DNA of 64,000 bases from an uncultured delta proteobacterium (GTDB lineage: Bacteria; Desulfobacterota; Binatia; Binatales; Binataceae), in assembly GCA_963808235.1 (NCBI GenBank), contig CAWEEQ010000004.1, forward strand, positions 928,001 through 992,000, read 5' to 3'. A model generated the notes under the pieces. It had not been told where the DNA came from. It saw only the letters and a program-made list of their open reading frames with translations, and did no database searches. Both the position numbers and the translations under genes were made by a program. Shown in pieces: positions 42,205 to 53,124 of the stretch. Numbering within the stretch: position 1 is the stretch's first letter; the number at the start of each line of letters is the position of its first letter.

Positions 42205-43500
42205 CTACACGATTCCCGACTTGCCAGTCAGGTCTTGCGGCCTGGTCGACACCTTGCACTGACGATAACGGCTCTCCCTAAATGCCGCGACCGGGTCGAT
42301 TGCTCCGCCCATGCGCTTGCGCGCCATTTTGATCGCCGGCTCCACATCCATCCGCACCGCGTTTTGCAGCGTGCGATTAGCCATCAGGGCGTCGTTCGCG
42401 TCTTGCGCCGACTGCAACAGTTTGCGATCGACCGTCAAAGCCTGCGCGTAGGCGCGTTGCAAGGCGACCGCGCTCTCCAGGAGACTCTCGACAGGGTCAG
42501 TCACGTTGTGACTCTGATCGAGCATGTAGGCTGGCGCAAAGCCGGGAGCGCGACGCAACTCGGCGTCCACGAGTTCGTTGAAGACCAGGAAAATCTGGAA
42601 TGGGTTCACCGAGCCAGTGTCCAGGTCATCGTCGCCATATTTTGAATCGTTGAAATGAAAGCCGCCGAGGCGCTGAAACTGGATCAGCCGCGAGACGATC
42701 TGCTCGATATTGGTAGTTGGCGCGTGATGACCCAGGTCCACGAGGCACTGGACGTTGGCGCCAAGCTCGCTCGCGCAAATGTAACTGGTCCCCCAGTCTG
42801 CGATTACCGTCGAGTATAGCGCCGGCTCGTAGAGCTTATGCTCGATAAACGCGCGCCATCCATCCGGAATCGCCGCGACGATCACGCGCATGCTCTCGAG
42901 GTATCGCTCCAGCGCGCGGGTCATGTTGATCTGCCCGGGAAAATTTGAGCCGTCGCCAATCCAGACAGTGAGCGCTCGCGAACCGAGCTGCTTGCCGATC
43001 TCGATACACTCAAGGTTGTGCGCTATCGCCTGCTCGCGAACCGCTTTGTCAGTATGGGTCAGGCTGCCGAACTTGTAGGACAACTGGCCCGGCAGGTCCT
43101 CGAAGGTGTTCGAGTTGACGGCGTCGAAAACGATTCCATAGGAGCGCGCGAACTCCAGCAACTCGCCGAAATCGTTGACTCGATCCCACGGAAAGTGAGG
43201 CGACACTGTCGGCGTCGCGCGTCCCAGCTGTTGGATGACTGCGCAGTCCTCAAGCTTCTCGAAGACATTGCGCGGCTCGCCGGCGAGTGGAAACCGCGCA
43301 AAGCGAGTCCCTCCGGAGCCGACTCCCCAGCTCGGAATCGCGACCGCAAAGCGTTGGATACGCGCCGTGATCGCTTCGAGGTCAACTCCGCGCCGCGCCA
43401 GGACGTCGCCAAGATGCTCATAGTCGGCGGTCAAATCCTTCTCGAATCGCGCGTTGTGCTTCGCAATCAGGTCGGCATCGATTGGCATGCGTGGGGTCAT
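42205..43500 (-). CDS. rhaI: L-rhamnose isomerase (rhizobial/Pseudomonas stutzeri type)
   Basis: PSWGVG.GGTRFARFP..GEPR, EHK.YEP, DLGHHAP, HFNDSKYGDDDLD, DQSHNVTDP. Confidence 0.92.
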   Translation of the reverse strand: MTPRMPIDADLIAKHNARFEKDLTADYEHLGDVLARRGVDLEAITARIQRFAVAIPSWGVGSGGTRFARFPLAGEPRNVFEKLEDCAVIQQLGRATPTVSPHFPWDRVNDFGELLEFARSYGIVFDAVNSNTFEDLPGQLSYKFGSLTHTDKAVREQAIAHNLECIEIGKQLGSRALTVWIGDGSNFPGQINMTRALERYLESMRVIVAAIPDGWRAFIEHKLYEPALYSTVIADWGTSYICASELGANVQCLVDLGHHAPTTNIEQIVSRLIQFQRLGGFHFNDSKYGDDDLDTGSVNPFQIFLVFNELVDAELRRAPGFAPAYMLDQSHNVTDPVESLLESAVALQRAYAQALTVDRKLLQSAQDANDALMANRTLQNAVRMDVEPAIKMARKRMGGAIDPVAAFRESRYRQCKVSTRPQDLTGKSGIV

Positions 43501-43518
43501 AAGAACCTCGTGAGAGCT

Positions 43519-45585
43519 TCAGCGCGTGAATGCCGCGGCGTTACCGGCGTCGACATTCAGGATATTGCCCGTGGACTTCGCAGATCGATCGGACGCGAAA
43601 AAATGCACCGCCTCGGCGACATCCGCGGGCGTGACGTTTTGTTTCAGCAGGCTTCGCTCCCGGTAAAATTTCTCCAACTCGGAAGGATCGATCCCGTAGG
43701 CACGCGCGCGTTCGGCCCGCCAACTGCTCGACCATATCCGCGAGCCTTGCAACACCGCGTCCGGATTTACGACGTTCACCCGAATTCCGTCTGGGGCCAG
43801 CTCGAGCGCCATGCATCGCGCGAGATGAAGCTCCGCCGCCTTGGCGGTGCTGTAGGCGGCCGCGCCTGACGACGCGACCAGCGCATTCTTGCTCGCGATG
43901 AATACGATCGATCCGCCCATGGCCTGCGTCTTCAAGAGCTGCGCCGCTTCACGTCCGACAATGAAATAGCCGGTCGCGAGTACATCCATATTGCGCCGCC
44001 AAGCCTCAAGCGTCGTCTGCTCGAAGCGAGCGGCAGACGCGATTCCCGCATTCGAGACCACGATGTCGACGCCGCCAAACTCCCGCGCCGCGAAAGCAAA
44101 TGAGCGCGCCACGCTGGCTTCGTCGGTAACGTCGCATCGAGTCGTGCGAGTCCGATCCTTGCCGAACTTGCGCTTGAGTTCGGCGCCGGTACGTTCCAGC
44201 GCGTCTTCATCATTGTCCAACAACACCACGCAGGCGTCGTCGGCCAGAAATCGCTCTGCAATCGCGCTGCCGATTCCGCCCGCACCGCCGGTCACTATCG
44301 CAATGCGCCCCGCGAGCGATTTGGGTAGCGGTTGTCGGCGCAGCTTGGCTTCCTCAAGCGACCAATACTCGATGTCAAATGCTTCCTGTTCGGGCAGTCC
44401 GAGGTATTCATCGACTGCCGACGCGTTTCGCATAACTCGTATCGCGTTGCGGTAGAACTCGGCCGCGATGCGTGCAGTCGTCTTGTCCTTTGCGAAGGTG
44501 AACATCCCGACCGATGGCATCAGGATGACAACGGGGCTCGCATCGCGCATCGGTGGAGCACCGGGTTTGGCACATCGTTCGTAGTACGCTTGATACTCAC
44601 CCCTGTAGCGCTCGATAGTTTCCGCCGCGGTCGCTCGTGCAGTGTTCGGATCGGCCGGAAGCACGAGCGGCCGAATCTTGGTACTAAGGAAATGATCGGG
44701 GCACGAGGTCCCGAGAGCCGCCAGCTCCTCAAACTGCCGCGCGCCGACGAACTCGAGCACTTCAGCATCGTCGCTGAAGTGGCCGATCTTGTGTTGGATC
44801 GCGCGAGACAGATGGCCGCGAAGTACCGGCATCAATGCCGACGCGATCGAGCTGCGCTCCTCAGCGGGTCGCGATGCGATCCGCTCACCACCGTAGGCAG
44901 TCACGTTTCGGATTCGCTCGGCGAAGAATGCTTCGGCGCGGCGGATCGTATCGATCGTGTTCTTATAACAGGCCTTCGACGTGTCGCCCCAGGTGACGAG
45001 TCCATGGCTCGCAAGCACCACTCCCCGAATCCGCGGATTCGCGCGGACCGTATCGCGCAACTTAAGCCCGAGATCGAAGCCAGGTCTTTGCCATGGAATC
45101 CAACCGAGTTCGCCGCCGAAAACCTCGCGGGTGATCTGCTCGCCGCGCCGCGATGCCGCAATGGCAATAACGGAATCAGGGTGGACGTGATCGACATGCG
45201 CGAATGGCAACAGCGCGTGCAGTGGCGTATCGATGCTGGCGGCGCGCGTGCTGCCGGCGAACGCACAATAGTCGAAGTAGGGGACTAGCGCATCTTCGTG
45301 CTCGCGCCCGCGAAAAAGATTCTCCAGCGCTGCGAGTTTGTCCTGATACAGTTTCGCGAAGCCGGACAGATCCATCGAGCCCAAGTCATCGCCGGATCCT
45401 TTGACCCAAAGGACCGTTACGCGTTCGTTGCTTAACGGATCATCGCACGCAATTTTTGCCGAGGTGTTGCCGCCGCCGAAGTTTGTCACCGCAAGATCGG
45501 CGCCCAGCAAGTGGGAGCGATACAAGAGAAGCTCGGGCTCTGACAGCGCCTTCGCGTCGGAGTCGTTCCATCGGTCGCTTATCAC
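43519..45585 (-). CDS. rhaD: Bifunctional rhamnulose-1-phosphate aldolase/SDR dehydrogenase
   Basis: TNFGGGNTSAK, WVKGSG, SIDTPLH, GTSCPDHFL, FDIEYW.LEEAKL; SDR half with VNPDAV and NVDAG. Confidence 0.92.
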   Translation of the reverse strand: MISDRWNDSDAKALSEPELLLYRSHLLGADLAVTNFGGGNTSAKIACDDPLSNERVTVLWVKGSGDDLGSMDLSGFAKLYQDKLAALENLFRGREHEDALVPYFDYCAFAGSTRAASIDTPLHALLPFAHVDHVHPDSVIAIAASRRGEQITREVFGGELGWIPWQRPGFDLGLKLRDTVRANPRIRGVVLASHGLVTWGDTSKACYKNTIDTIRRAEAFFAERIRNVTAYGGERIASRPAEERSSIASALMPVLRGHLSRAIQHKIGHFSDDAEVLEFVGARQFEELAALGTSCPDHFLSTKIRPLVLPADPNTARATAAETIERYRGEYQAYYERCAKPGAPPMRDASPVVILMPSVGMFTFAKDKTTARIAAEFYRNAIRVMRNASAVDEYLGLPEQEAFDIEYWSLEEAKLRRQPLPKSLAGRIAIVTGGAGGIGSAIAERFLADDACVVLLDNDEDALERTGAELKRKFGKDRTRTTRCDVTDEASVARSFAFAAREFGGVDIVVSNAGIASAARFEQTTLEAWRRNMDVLATGYFIVGREAAQLLKTQAMGGSIVFIASKNALVASSGAAAYSTAKAAELHLARCMALELAPDGIRVNVVNPDAVLQGSRIWSSSWRAERARAYGIDPSELEKFYRERSLLKQNVTPADVAEAVHFFASDRSAKSTGNILNVDAGNAAAFTR

Positions 45586-45656
45586 GGCACGGATCGTAAC
45601 ACGACCGCATCGTAATTCAATTGAGGAAACCGCCTGACTTCTGTAGTGGTGCAGAG

Positions 45657-47048
45657 GTGAACAGAGCCCGGCCCGAAGCTGTCGTCGTTTTCGACGTCGG
45701 CAAGAGCAACGTGCGTCTATCCGCCGTCGACGATCGCGGAGTCGCGATGGCTACTCACGAGCGGCAGAACACCGTCGATAATGGGCCGCCATATCCGCAC
45801 TTCGACGCGGACAGTCTTTTTGAATGGCTGCTCGACGGAGTCGCGACGCTCGCGCGTGCTTTTGAAGTTCGTTCGGTAGTCCCCGTCAGCCATGGCGCGT
45901 GCGCCGCGCTGATCGACGACGACGGACTCGTGCTCCCGATCATGGACTACGAGTTTCGCGGCGTCGCCGAGGTGGATACCGACTACGACGCGATTGCCCG
46001 GGACTTTGCGCGCACCGCATCGCCCAAACTTCCCGCAGGACTGAACCTGGGCAGACAGCTTTTCTGGCAGCAGCGAAACTTTGCGCGCGAGTTCAGTCGC
46101 GCAACGATTCTGCCGTACCCGCAATATTGGGCCGCGCGCCTGTGCGGCATCCGCGCCTGGGAGCCGACCTCGCCGGGCTGCCATACCGATCTTTGGGAGC
46201 CGCGACGCAACGACTTCTCATCCTTCGCGAGGACGATGCGATGGGACTCGCGATTTGGCCGCTGGGTCAGCGCGTGGACGCCGCTCGGACCTCCGTTGCT
46301 CAAAGTTGCGTCTGCGACCGGCCTTTCCAATGATTGCGCGATCCTAGCCGGAATCCATGACAGCAACGCGTCGTACTTGGCGCATCGTGCGACTCGCGAA
46401 AAACCTTTCTGCGTCGTTTCGACGGGCACCTGGATCGTCGCGATGGCGCATGGCAGCTCGCTGGATTTGCTACGCGAGGAACTGGACATGCTCGCGAACG
46501 TCGATGCGTTCGGTAGTCCGGTGGCGACCGCGCGCTTCATGGGAGGACGGGAGTATGCCGCGATCTGCGGTACCGATGTCGGCCTTGTAGAGCCTTCCGT
46601 TCACGACCTGGAGACTGTGCTCGAATCGAACGGGTTGGCGATGCCGTCGTTTGCGGATCAAGGCGGGCCGTTTCGCGAGCACGCCGGCCGAATCGTCGGC
46701 AACATGCTCGAGGCCCCGCGCCATCGAGCCGCACTCGCGGCGCTCTATTGCGCGCTGATGACAGACCATTGCCTGACGATGCTCGATGCTCACGGCGATA
46801 TCATCCTCGAAGGAAAGTTTGCCGCCAACGACGCGTTCGCGTCGGCGCTTGCAGCGCTTCGCGCGCCGCAGCCGGTGTTTCGTTCTGCCGATGAAACCGG
46901 AACACTTCGCGGCGCCGTGGCGCTGTCGCTACTCGCGCGCGGAAAAAATCCGAAACCCGCCAGGCTCTATCTTTGTCCGATTGGTCCGATCGCTGAATTG
47001 AGATCAACTCGCCTCAGATGGCGAAGTCTTCTACACTCGACTGACTGA
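45657..47048 (+). CDS. FGGY-family sugar kinase (RhaK-like)
   Basis: FDVGKSN, LPAGLNLGRQ, HTDLW, GIHDSNAS, STGTW, ARFMGGRE; adjacent to rhaD/rhaI. Confidence 0.88.
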   Translation: MNRARPEAVVVFDVGKSNVRLSAVDDRGVAMATHERQNTVDNGPPYPHFDADSLFEWLLDGVATLARAFEVRSVVPVSHGACAALIDDDGLVLPIMDYEFRGVAEVDTDYDAIARDFARTASPKLPAGLNLGRQLFWQQRNFAREFSRATILPYPQYWAARLCGIRAWEPTSPGCHTDLWEPRRNDFSSFARTMRWDSRFGRWVSAWTPLGPPLLKVASATGLSNDCAILAGIHDSNASYLAHRATREKPFCVVSTGTWIVAMAHGSSLDLLREELDMLANVDAFGSPVATARFMGGREYAAICGTDVGLVEPSVHDLETVLESNGLAMPSFADQGGPFREHAGRIVGNMLEAPRHRAALAALYCALMTDHCLTMLDAHGDIILEGKFAANDAFASALAALRAPQPVFRSADETGTLRGAVALSLLARGKNPKPARLYLCPIGPIAELRSTRLRWRSLLHSTD

Positions 47049-47060
47049 ACGGAGGAAATC

Positions 47061-48011
47061 GTGGACAAGTATCCAATTCGCTTTGGAGTTCAGACCGGAC
47101 AGCAGAACGTTGAATGGGAGCAATTGCGCACCCTCTGGGGCAACGCCGATAGCTGGGGCTACGACTCGCTCTGGGTGTTCGATCACTTCTATCCAATCTT
47201 CGTGGAACCAACTGGCGCTTGCCTGGAAAGCTGGACGCTCCTTTCGGCGCTCAGCCAGAACACCAAACGCGCGCGGATCGGGGCCCTGGTCAACGGCAAC
47301 ACCTACCGCAATCCGTGCCTCCTGGCGAAGATGGCCGCGACGCTCGATCAAGTATGCGGTGGCAGGCTCAACCTGGGGATCGGTGCCGGATGGTTCGAGC
47401 TGGAGCACCGCAACTTCGGCTTCGATTTCAAGACCGTTGGCGGACGGCTCCAGGCGCTCGACGAATCATGCCAGATCATCAAGGAGATGTTCACCAATGA
47501 AAAGACCACGCTCAAGGGCAAGCATTACAACGTGGTCGATGCGATTTGTAATCCGAAGCCGGTGCAGAAACATCTGCCGCTGATGATCGGCGGGCATGGA
47601 GAGAAGGTGCTGCTCAAGCTCGTCGCGAAGCACGCTGACATGTGGAACATGGGCAATGCCGATGCGGACGAGATGAAACGGTTGATCGGAGTGATCGAGC
47701 GCCACGGCGATACGGTCGGGCGCAACACCGACGAAATCGAAAAGACCCTGATGCTCTCGATGTGCTACAAGGCGCCCAAACAGCGCGAGGAAACGCTCGC
47801 CGGGATCATCGCGATGATCGCGCAGACCACTCCCGACAAGGCGCGGGAGCGGATGATCGTCGGCAGCAAAGATGAGTGCGTCGGAAAAATCGAGCGCTTC
47901 ATCAAGGCCGGCGTCACCCACTTCATTTTCATGCACGTCTCCGCCGATGACCGCCGAAGACGATATCCAGGCATTCGCGGAGGACATCATCCCGCAGTTC
48001 CGCTCCGTTGA
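47061..48011 (+). CDS. LLM-class (probably F420-dependent) oxidoreductase; frameshift near the C-terminus
   Basis: LWVFDHFYP, YRNP.LLAKMAATLD, LGIGAGW...E, P.PVQ...P.MIGG.GEK. Confidence 0.85.
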   Translation: MDKYPIRFGVQTGQQNVEWEQLRTLWGNADSWGYDSLWVFDHFYPIFVEPTGACLESWTLLSALSQNTKRARIGALVNGNTYRNPCLLAKMAATLDQVCGGRLNLGIGAGWFELEHRNFGFDFKTVGGRLQALDESCQIIKEMFTNEKTTLKGKHYNVVDAICNPKPVQKHLPLMIGGHGEKVLLKLVAKHADMWNMGNADADEMKRLIGVIERHGDTVGRNTDEIEKTLMLSMCYKAPKQREETLAGIIAMIAQTTPDKARERMIVGSKDECVGKIERFIKAGVTHFIFMHVSADDRRRRYPGIRGGHHPAVPLR

Positions 48012-49053
48012 GCTTGACGCGATAGACCTCTGCCGCGGTCTGGCTGAACAGGCGCGCTTTTTCCGCGTCGTTGAAACGCGCGGCGATCTTTTTGAACGCG
48101 TTCCAGAGCACCGCGTAGGAGCAGGAGATTTTATCGACCGGGAAGTTGCTCTCGAACATGCAGCGGCTCGGGGCCGAACCGATCGATCATATGAAGATAG
48201 TAGTCGCGGGTCGCCGCCGACGAGTTCGTCCGAGCTTGGCGGTGACGGCCGCTTGTGCCATCCGAATCCATTGACCGGCATGTTGATTCCGCCGAGCTTG
48301 GCCACGACGTTCGGGCATTTCGCGAGTTCCGCGATGTCTATTTTCCAGTGCTCGAAGATTTCTGCACGCCGCCCTTCGTAGGGGCCGATGCCGAGCGGTC
48401 CGCCGAAGTGATCGAGCACGATCGTCGTATCCGGGAAAGCTCGCGCGAGTGCGGTCAGACTCCGGATCTGCGGATGGTAATTCCACGCATCGAAGCTGAG
48501 GCCGAGCGGCTTCAATTTTCCAAAGCCCTCGCGAAACTTTTTCGATTCGTACAAATCGGCCGGCGGATTGGTGTGAGAATTTCTTATCGCGGGGTCCGCG
48601 TCGAAGCCCGCCGCGTGCCTGATTCCACGAAAACGATTCGGCGCCGCATCGATATGCGTCCGCAATACTTCTTCGACTTCGGCGCCGATCGACAAATCCG
48701 CGAACCCCACGATTCCCGCCGCAACTCGAGTCTCTCCATATTGGCCGCTCGCGCTTTGCGCCGCGATGCCGTTGACGAACTCCGTCTCGCCGACTGGTTT
48801 CATCGCCTCGGGACCGTCCGCGCGATACATCGACATGCACTCGACGAAGATGGTCGCGAGCACTCGATGACCCGACCCGGTGTCATCCACAATCTCGTCG
48901 AGCATGTAGCGACTGTCCGGATGGTCCCAAAGATGGTGATGCGGATCCACGATCGGCACGGTCCGGATCGATCGGCGCTTCCTTGGTTTGATCGAGCCAT
49001 GCGGCCCGCTTCAGATTTTGCTCGGATAGCCGTTCACTTTCGTTGCTTGCCAT
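48005..49053 (-). CDS. Amidohydrolase_2 family protein (frameshifts near 48960 and 48170-48220; ends approximate)
   Basis: PIVDPHHHLWD, PVGETEFVNG, LDHFGGP, MFESNFPVDK across frames; ATG 49053. Confidence 0.8.
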
Positions 49054-49154
49054 CGTGGATGTCCTTGTAAAGAGAATCGCGCGCAGCCTAATTCAAGTAG
49101 CACTGGTATGCAAACCGCGACAATCGCTTATGCAGATTACAAAGGAGCAGCGAC

Positions 49155-49935
49155 ATGGATGCGATAAAAAAACTCGACCGCTCGGTGAAAGGTCGCGCCG
49201 TGTTGATCACAGGCGCCGCGAGCGGAATGGGACGCGCCACAGCGCACGTGTTCGCGGGTGAAGGCGCGTCGGTCGCCGTCACGGATATAAATGAAGCCGG
49301 CGTGGCGCGCGTCGTCGAGGAAATCAAGGCAGGAGGCGGAAGCGCCGAGGGCTGGCGTCTCGACGTGTGCGACGCCGCCGATATCAAACGAGTTGTCGCG
49401 GAAGTCGCCGGCCGTTTTGGCAGGCTCGATATCCTGATCAACAACGCTGGCTTCGGCGCTTTTCGCCCGCTCGGCGACAAGGATTACGACCAGGTTTGGG
49501 ATCGTGCGTTATTGGGATTGGTGACTGCGCAACAGCGCTTGGTGCGCGCCGCACTTCCGCATCTGAGGAAGTCGGACGCGGCTCGAATCGTTAACATCGC
49601 CTCGACTGAGGGACTCGGCGCAACTCCGGGCGACAGTCCTTACGTGGCGGCCAAGACCGCGGTGATTGGGCTCACGCGCGCGCTGGCCGTGGACCTCGGA
49701 CCGGAGGGGATCACAGTCAATTGCATTTGTCCGGGGCCGATTCGGACTGCGTTGACGGACGCGATTCCCGAAGAACACAAGACGATTTTCGGGAAACGCC
49801 GCACCGCGCTAAAGCGTTATGGCTATCCCGGAGGAAGTCGCGCACATCACGCTCAGCCTGTGTCTTCCGGCCGCTTCGTATCTCACCGGCGCAGTAATTC
49901 CCGTCGATGGAGGCCTGACGATCAGGAACGCATAA
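49155..49935 (+). CDS. SDR oxidoreductase (frameshift near 49830; corrected stop TAA 49933-49935)
   Basis: TGAASGMG, YVAAK; the alternative frame restores PEEVA...ASYLTGAVIPVDGG. Confidence 0.85.
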
Positions 49936-49970
49936 CGAATAGAAATTCGATATCCATACGGAGAGAGAAG

Positions 49971-50747
49971 ATGGCGGAAGGCAGATTGGCGAATCGCGTA
50001 GCAATAATCACCGGCGGAGCCTCAGGCATCGGCAAGGCGACCGCGGAACTATTTGCCGAGCACAGCGCAAAGATCGTGATCGGCGACTTACCGAACAGCG
50101 AGGGCGAGCAGGTAGCCAAGTCGATCGGCGGAATCTTCGTCGCCACCGACGTGCGCGACGCGAAAGCGGTCGAGAAGCTGGTCGCCACGGCGTGCGAGAA
50201 ATTTGGCGGCCTCGACATCATGTTCAACAATGCGGGAATCGGCATCGTCACGCCGCTCCTCGACACGTCCGAAGAGCTTTACTCGAACACTATTCGCATC
50301 GATCTCGACGGCGTTTTCTGGGGACTGAAGTACGCCGGCAAAGTGATGGTCGCGCAGAAACGTGGCGCGATAGTGAATACCGCGTCAGTGGCGGGCATTC
50401 GCGGCAGCGTCGGACTCTCCGCATACAACGCGGCGAAGCATGGCGTCGTCGGCCTGACGCGAAATGCGGCCCTCGAGTTTGCACCCGCTGGCGTAAGGGT
50501 AAACTGCATCTGCCCGGGAATAATCGACACGCCGCTGGTCGCGCGCGCTTTCGGCGCCACTGAGGAAATCCGCGAAACGATGCATCGATTTCATCCGCTC
50601 GGCAGGATGGGCAAGCCGCGCGAGATCGCGAACTGCGTGCTGTTCCTCGCCTCCGACGACGCTTCATTCGTAACCGGTCACGCATTGGTCGTGGACGGCG
50701 GAGTTTGCGCCGGCACTGGAAGCACCGAAGGGATCACCACCAATTAA
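49971..50747 (+). CDS. SDR oxidoreductase
   Basis: Own RBS and ATG; TGGASGIG, FNNAG, YNAAK, VDGG. Confidence 0.9.
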   Translation: MAEGRLANRVAIITGGASGIGKATAELFAEHSAKIVIGDLPNSEGEQVAKSIGGIFVATDVRDAKAVEKLVATACEKFGGLDIMFNNAGIGIVTPLLDTSEELYSNTIRIDLDGVFWGLKYAGKVMVAQKRGAIVNTASVAGIRGSVGLSAYNAAKHGVVGLTRNAALEFAPAGVRVNCICPGIIDTPLVARAFGATEEIRETMHRFHPLGRMGKPREIANCVLFLASDDASFVTGHALVVDGGVCAGTGSTEGITTN

Positions 50748-50776
50748 ACAGGCGCGGATTCGCGCGTGGCTCGAGA

Positions 50777-51598
50777 CTAGCTCGAACGATCGCTTCGGAC
50801 CTCGGCAAAGCCGAGCCCATGATGCATCTTGTAGCCGACCAGCTCGCGCAGCTCTCGCGAAAGAGTTCGCGCGAGTTCCGGAGGAACGTCGAGGTATTGG
50901 TTCTCTTCCTGGCGCAGCCATCCGAGCGAATAGGAGAGAAAGATACCGTAGCGCCACGCGTCCGAACGGTTCGCGCCCGCGCCATGTAGAGTCCCACTCA
51001 TCCAGATCAGTACCGATCCCGCCGGCATCTCGCCCGATGCGATCTCCTCGGCGCGAGCCTCGCGTCCAGCCGGCCAGCGATGGCTTCCCGGGACGAGATT
51101 GGTGGCGCCATTCGCCGCGGTGAAATCGCTGATTGCCCACATGCTCGCGAGAACCAGGTTGGGACGCGGCACTTTGAAAAATTGATACGCGTCATCCTCG
51201 CGATGAAGCATCTGCATCGTTGCGCCCGGTCCGACCACCAGCGCCGATCCCACGTGCAGCTGGTAGGACTCGCAATTGGGTTTCAGGAAGGCATCGCACG
51301 CCGCGAGCATCATCGGATGGGTAACAAAACTTCGAAACGTCTCCGACTTCGCAATCAGCCCGGTAATGCGTTTGGTGTGGCCGGGATAGAAACCCCCGCT
51401 GTTCGAAAAATATTTGTTGTTGCGATCGGTCGCGGCGTTCTCGTCAGCCGCCTCGACGTGAGGCGCGAGCTCACGCGCAATCGCGTCTCTGGTCGATTGA
51501 TCGGTTACTCCGGTCACTACCGCGCATCCGTCATTTTGCAGAGCCGCAAGAAGCGCGGCTGCCGGTTCGTTCGACGATACTACCGGGATTGAAGCCAT
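50777..51598 (-). CDS. PhyH family dioxygenase
   Basis: LHRED, DFT..NGAT..VPGSH.W, LHGAGAN, GWLRQEENQYL. Confidence 0.88.
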   Translation of the reverse strand: MASIPVVSSNEPAAALLAALQNDGCAVVTGVTDQSTRDAIARELAPHVEAADENAATDRNNKYFSNSGGFYPGHTKRITGLIAKSETFRSFVTHPMMLAACDAFLKPNCESYQLHVGSALVVGPGATMQMLHREDDAYQFFKVPRPNLVLASMWAISDFTAANGATNLVPGSHRWPAGREARAEEIASGEMPAGSVLIWMSGTLHGAGANRSDAWRYGIFLSYSLGWLRQEENQYLDVPPELARTLSRELRELVGYKMHHGLGFAEVRSDRSS

Positions 51599-51875
51599 CG
51601 AATTCCTCGACGCGTTTCAGATTTTCACCGCGACTCTACAACATCTGAATAGATTTGCAGCTATGACAAGAAAACACGTTCTAGCTCTACTACAAGAACT
51701 ATGTCGTGGCTGCACGCGGTATAAGATTCACTACCACTCTCGCCAGATCGTGTCACTTTTAATTTTCTGTCTTGACGTCCAGACGTCGCGAATCAACCAT
51801 AAGTCCCGCGAAATCAGTCGATGCCGTCTGGTCGACAAGTTGATAACGCACAAATCAGTTCACGGAGGAAAACAC

Positions 51876-53048
51876 ATGAAACTCAACAGGAGCATAAGAC
51901 TCACCAGGGGACTAGTTACTGCGATCGCCTGTCTTGGGTTCGCGATTGCGATAGCCGGTCCCGCTCACGCCAAGGGTATGAAGAAAGGAATGGGCTACGT
52001 ACAAACCAATCTGATTTCAAACATCTCGGGACTGGCCCAGGTCACCGATCCAAATCTGCTCAATCCGTGGGGTCTCGCCTTCTTCCCCGGTCTAAGTCCG
52101 TTCTGGATCAATGAGAATAACTCCGGCTTTTCGGCTCTCTACTTCGCCGATGCGGTGCCCTTTCCCGGGCTTCCAAGTGTAACTATTCCGCCTCCGCCGC
52201 CCAGCACCAGCTCCGGAACTCCAACTGGAATAATCGCTAACTTCGCGGTCGGCGCAGGCGCGTTTCAAATCGTGCCCGCCTCTGATCACACCATGAACTT
52301 CGGTCCCTCGCTCTTCATCTTTGATACCGAGGATGGCACCGTCGAGGCGTGGAACGAGACGGTACCTGATATCACCACCGCGGTGATCGTGGTCGATAAC
52401 TCCCAGGGCGGCGCTGCCACCGGCGCTGTGTACAAGGGACTCGCGCTCGGCTCGAACACTGCGAATGGACCACTTCTCTACGCAACCAATTTCCGCAGCG
52501 GGAAGGTCGACGTCTTCGACACCAACTTTCATCCGCCGTCGCCGGCGCTTAGTGGCTCATTCACCGATCCCAATGTGCAGCATGGATACGCCCCGTTCGG
52601 CATTCAGAACATCAACAATCAGATCTGGGTTACCTACGCGAAGCAGGACAAGCCCAAGCACGATCCGGTCAACAAGCCGGGGCATGGCTTCGTCTCGGTA
52701 TTCGATACCGACGGCAATCTGCTTCAGCACTTTGCGCAGCACGGCCATCTCGACTCTCCCTGGGGCCTCGCAATGGCGCCGGCCACTTTCGGCCAGTTCT
52801 CCAATGACCTCCTGGTTGGCAACTTCGGCGACGGTGTGATCAACGTGTTCGATCCGAACACGATGCATTGGCTCGCCGCGCTGCCAGGCCCGCACGGCCG
52901 TCCGCTGGTGAATGACGGACTCTGGTCGTTGACGTTTGGCGGTGCTTTGAATTCGGACGGAAGTACCTCGTCAGCGGACACGCTGTTCTTTAGCGCGGGT
53001 CTCAATGACGAGGCGGACGGACTGTTCGGTTCGATTGTGGCGCAATAG
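51876..53048 (+). CDS. TIGR03118 family secreted protein
   Basis: Signal peptide; YVQTNLIS, DPNL.NPWG, PTG, AVYKGLA, LLVGNFGDG.IN, GLFG; RBS GGAGG. Confidence 0.88.
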   Translation: MKLNRSIRLTRGLVTAIACLGFAIAIAGPAHAKGMKKGMGYVQTNLISNISGLAQVTDPNLLNPWGLAFFPGLSPFWINENNSGFSALYFADAVPFPGLPSVTIPPPPPSTSSGTPTGIIANFAVGAGAFQIVPASDHTMNFGPSLFIFDTEDGTVEAWNETVPDITTAVIVVDNSQGGAATGAVYKGLALGSNTANGPLLYATNFRSGKVDVFDTNFHPPSPALSGSFTDPNVQHGYAPFGIQNINNQIWVTYAKQDKPKHDPVNKPGHGFVSVFDTDGNLLQHFAQHGHLDSPWGLAMAPATFGQFSNDLLVGNFGDGVINVFDPNTMHWLAALPGPHGRPLVNDGLWSLTFGGALNSDGSTSSADTLFFSAGLNDEADGLFGSIVAQ

Positions 53049-53076
53049 TCCGAGCGCTGTCGCCTGTTACGAAGAG

Positions 53077-53108
53077 CCGGCGCGAGGCGGCGAACCGCCT
53101 CGCGCCGG
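53077..53108. terminator. Perfect 14-bp hairpin between convergent genes
   Basis: CCGGCGCGAGGCGG-cgaa-CCGCCTCGCGCCGG; no long U tract. Confidence 0.6.
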
Positions 53109-53124
53109 AGTGCACGCGCAGTTC

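Noticed and set aside
47466-48959. 497-aa amidohydrolase overlapping the LLM gene by about 550 bp
   Set aside because: The overlap results from frameshifts near 48170-48220; the conserved MFESNFPVDK end lies in another frame.
49155-50747. 530-aa double-SDR fusion in the ORF track
   Set aside because: An extra base near 49830 shifts the frame. The other frame restores the normal SDR C-terminus and a stop at 49935, and the second SDR has its own RBS and ATG.
51876-53048. PEP-CTERM sorting signal on the TIGR03118 protein
   Set aside because: The protein ends GLFGSIVAQ, with no PEP motif or TM tail.
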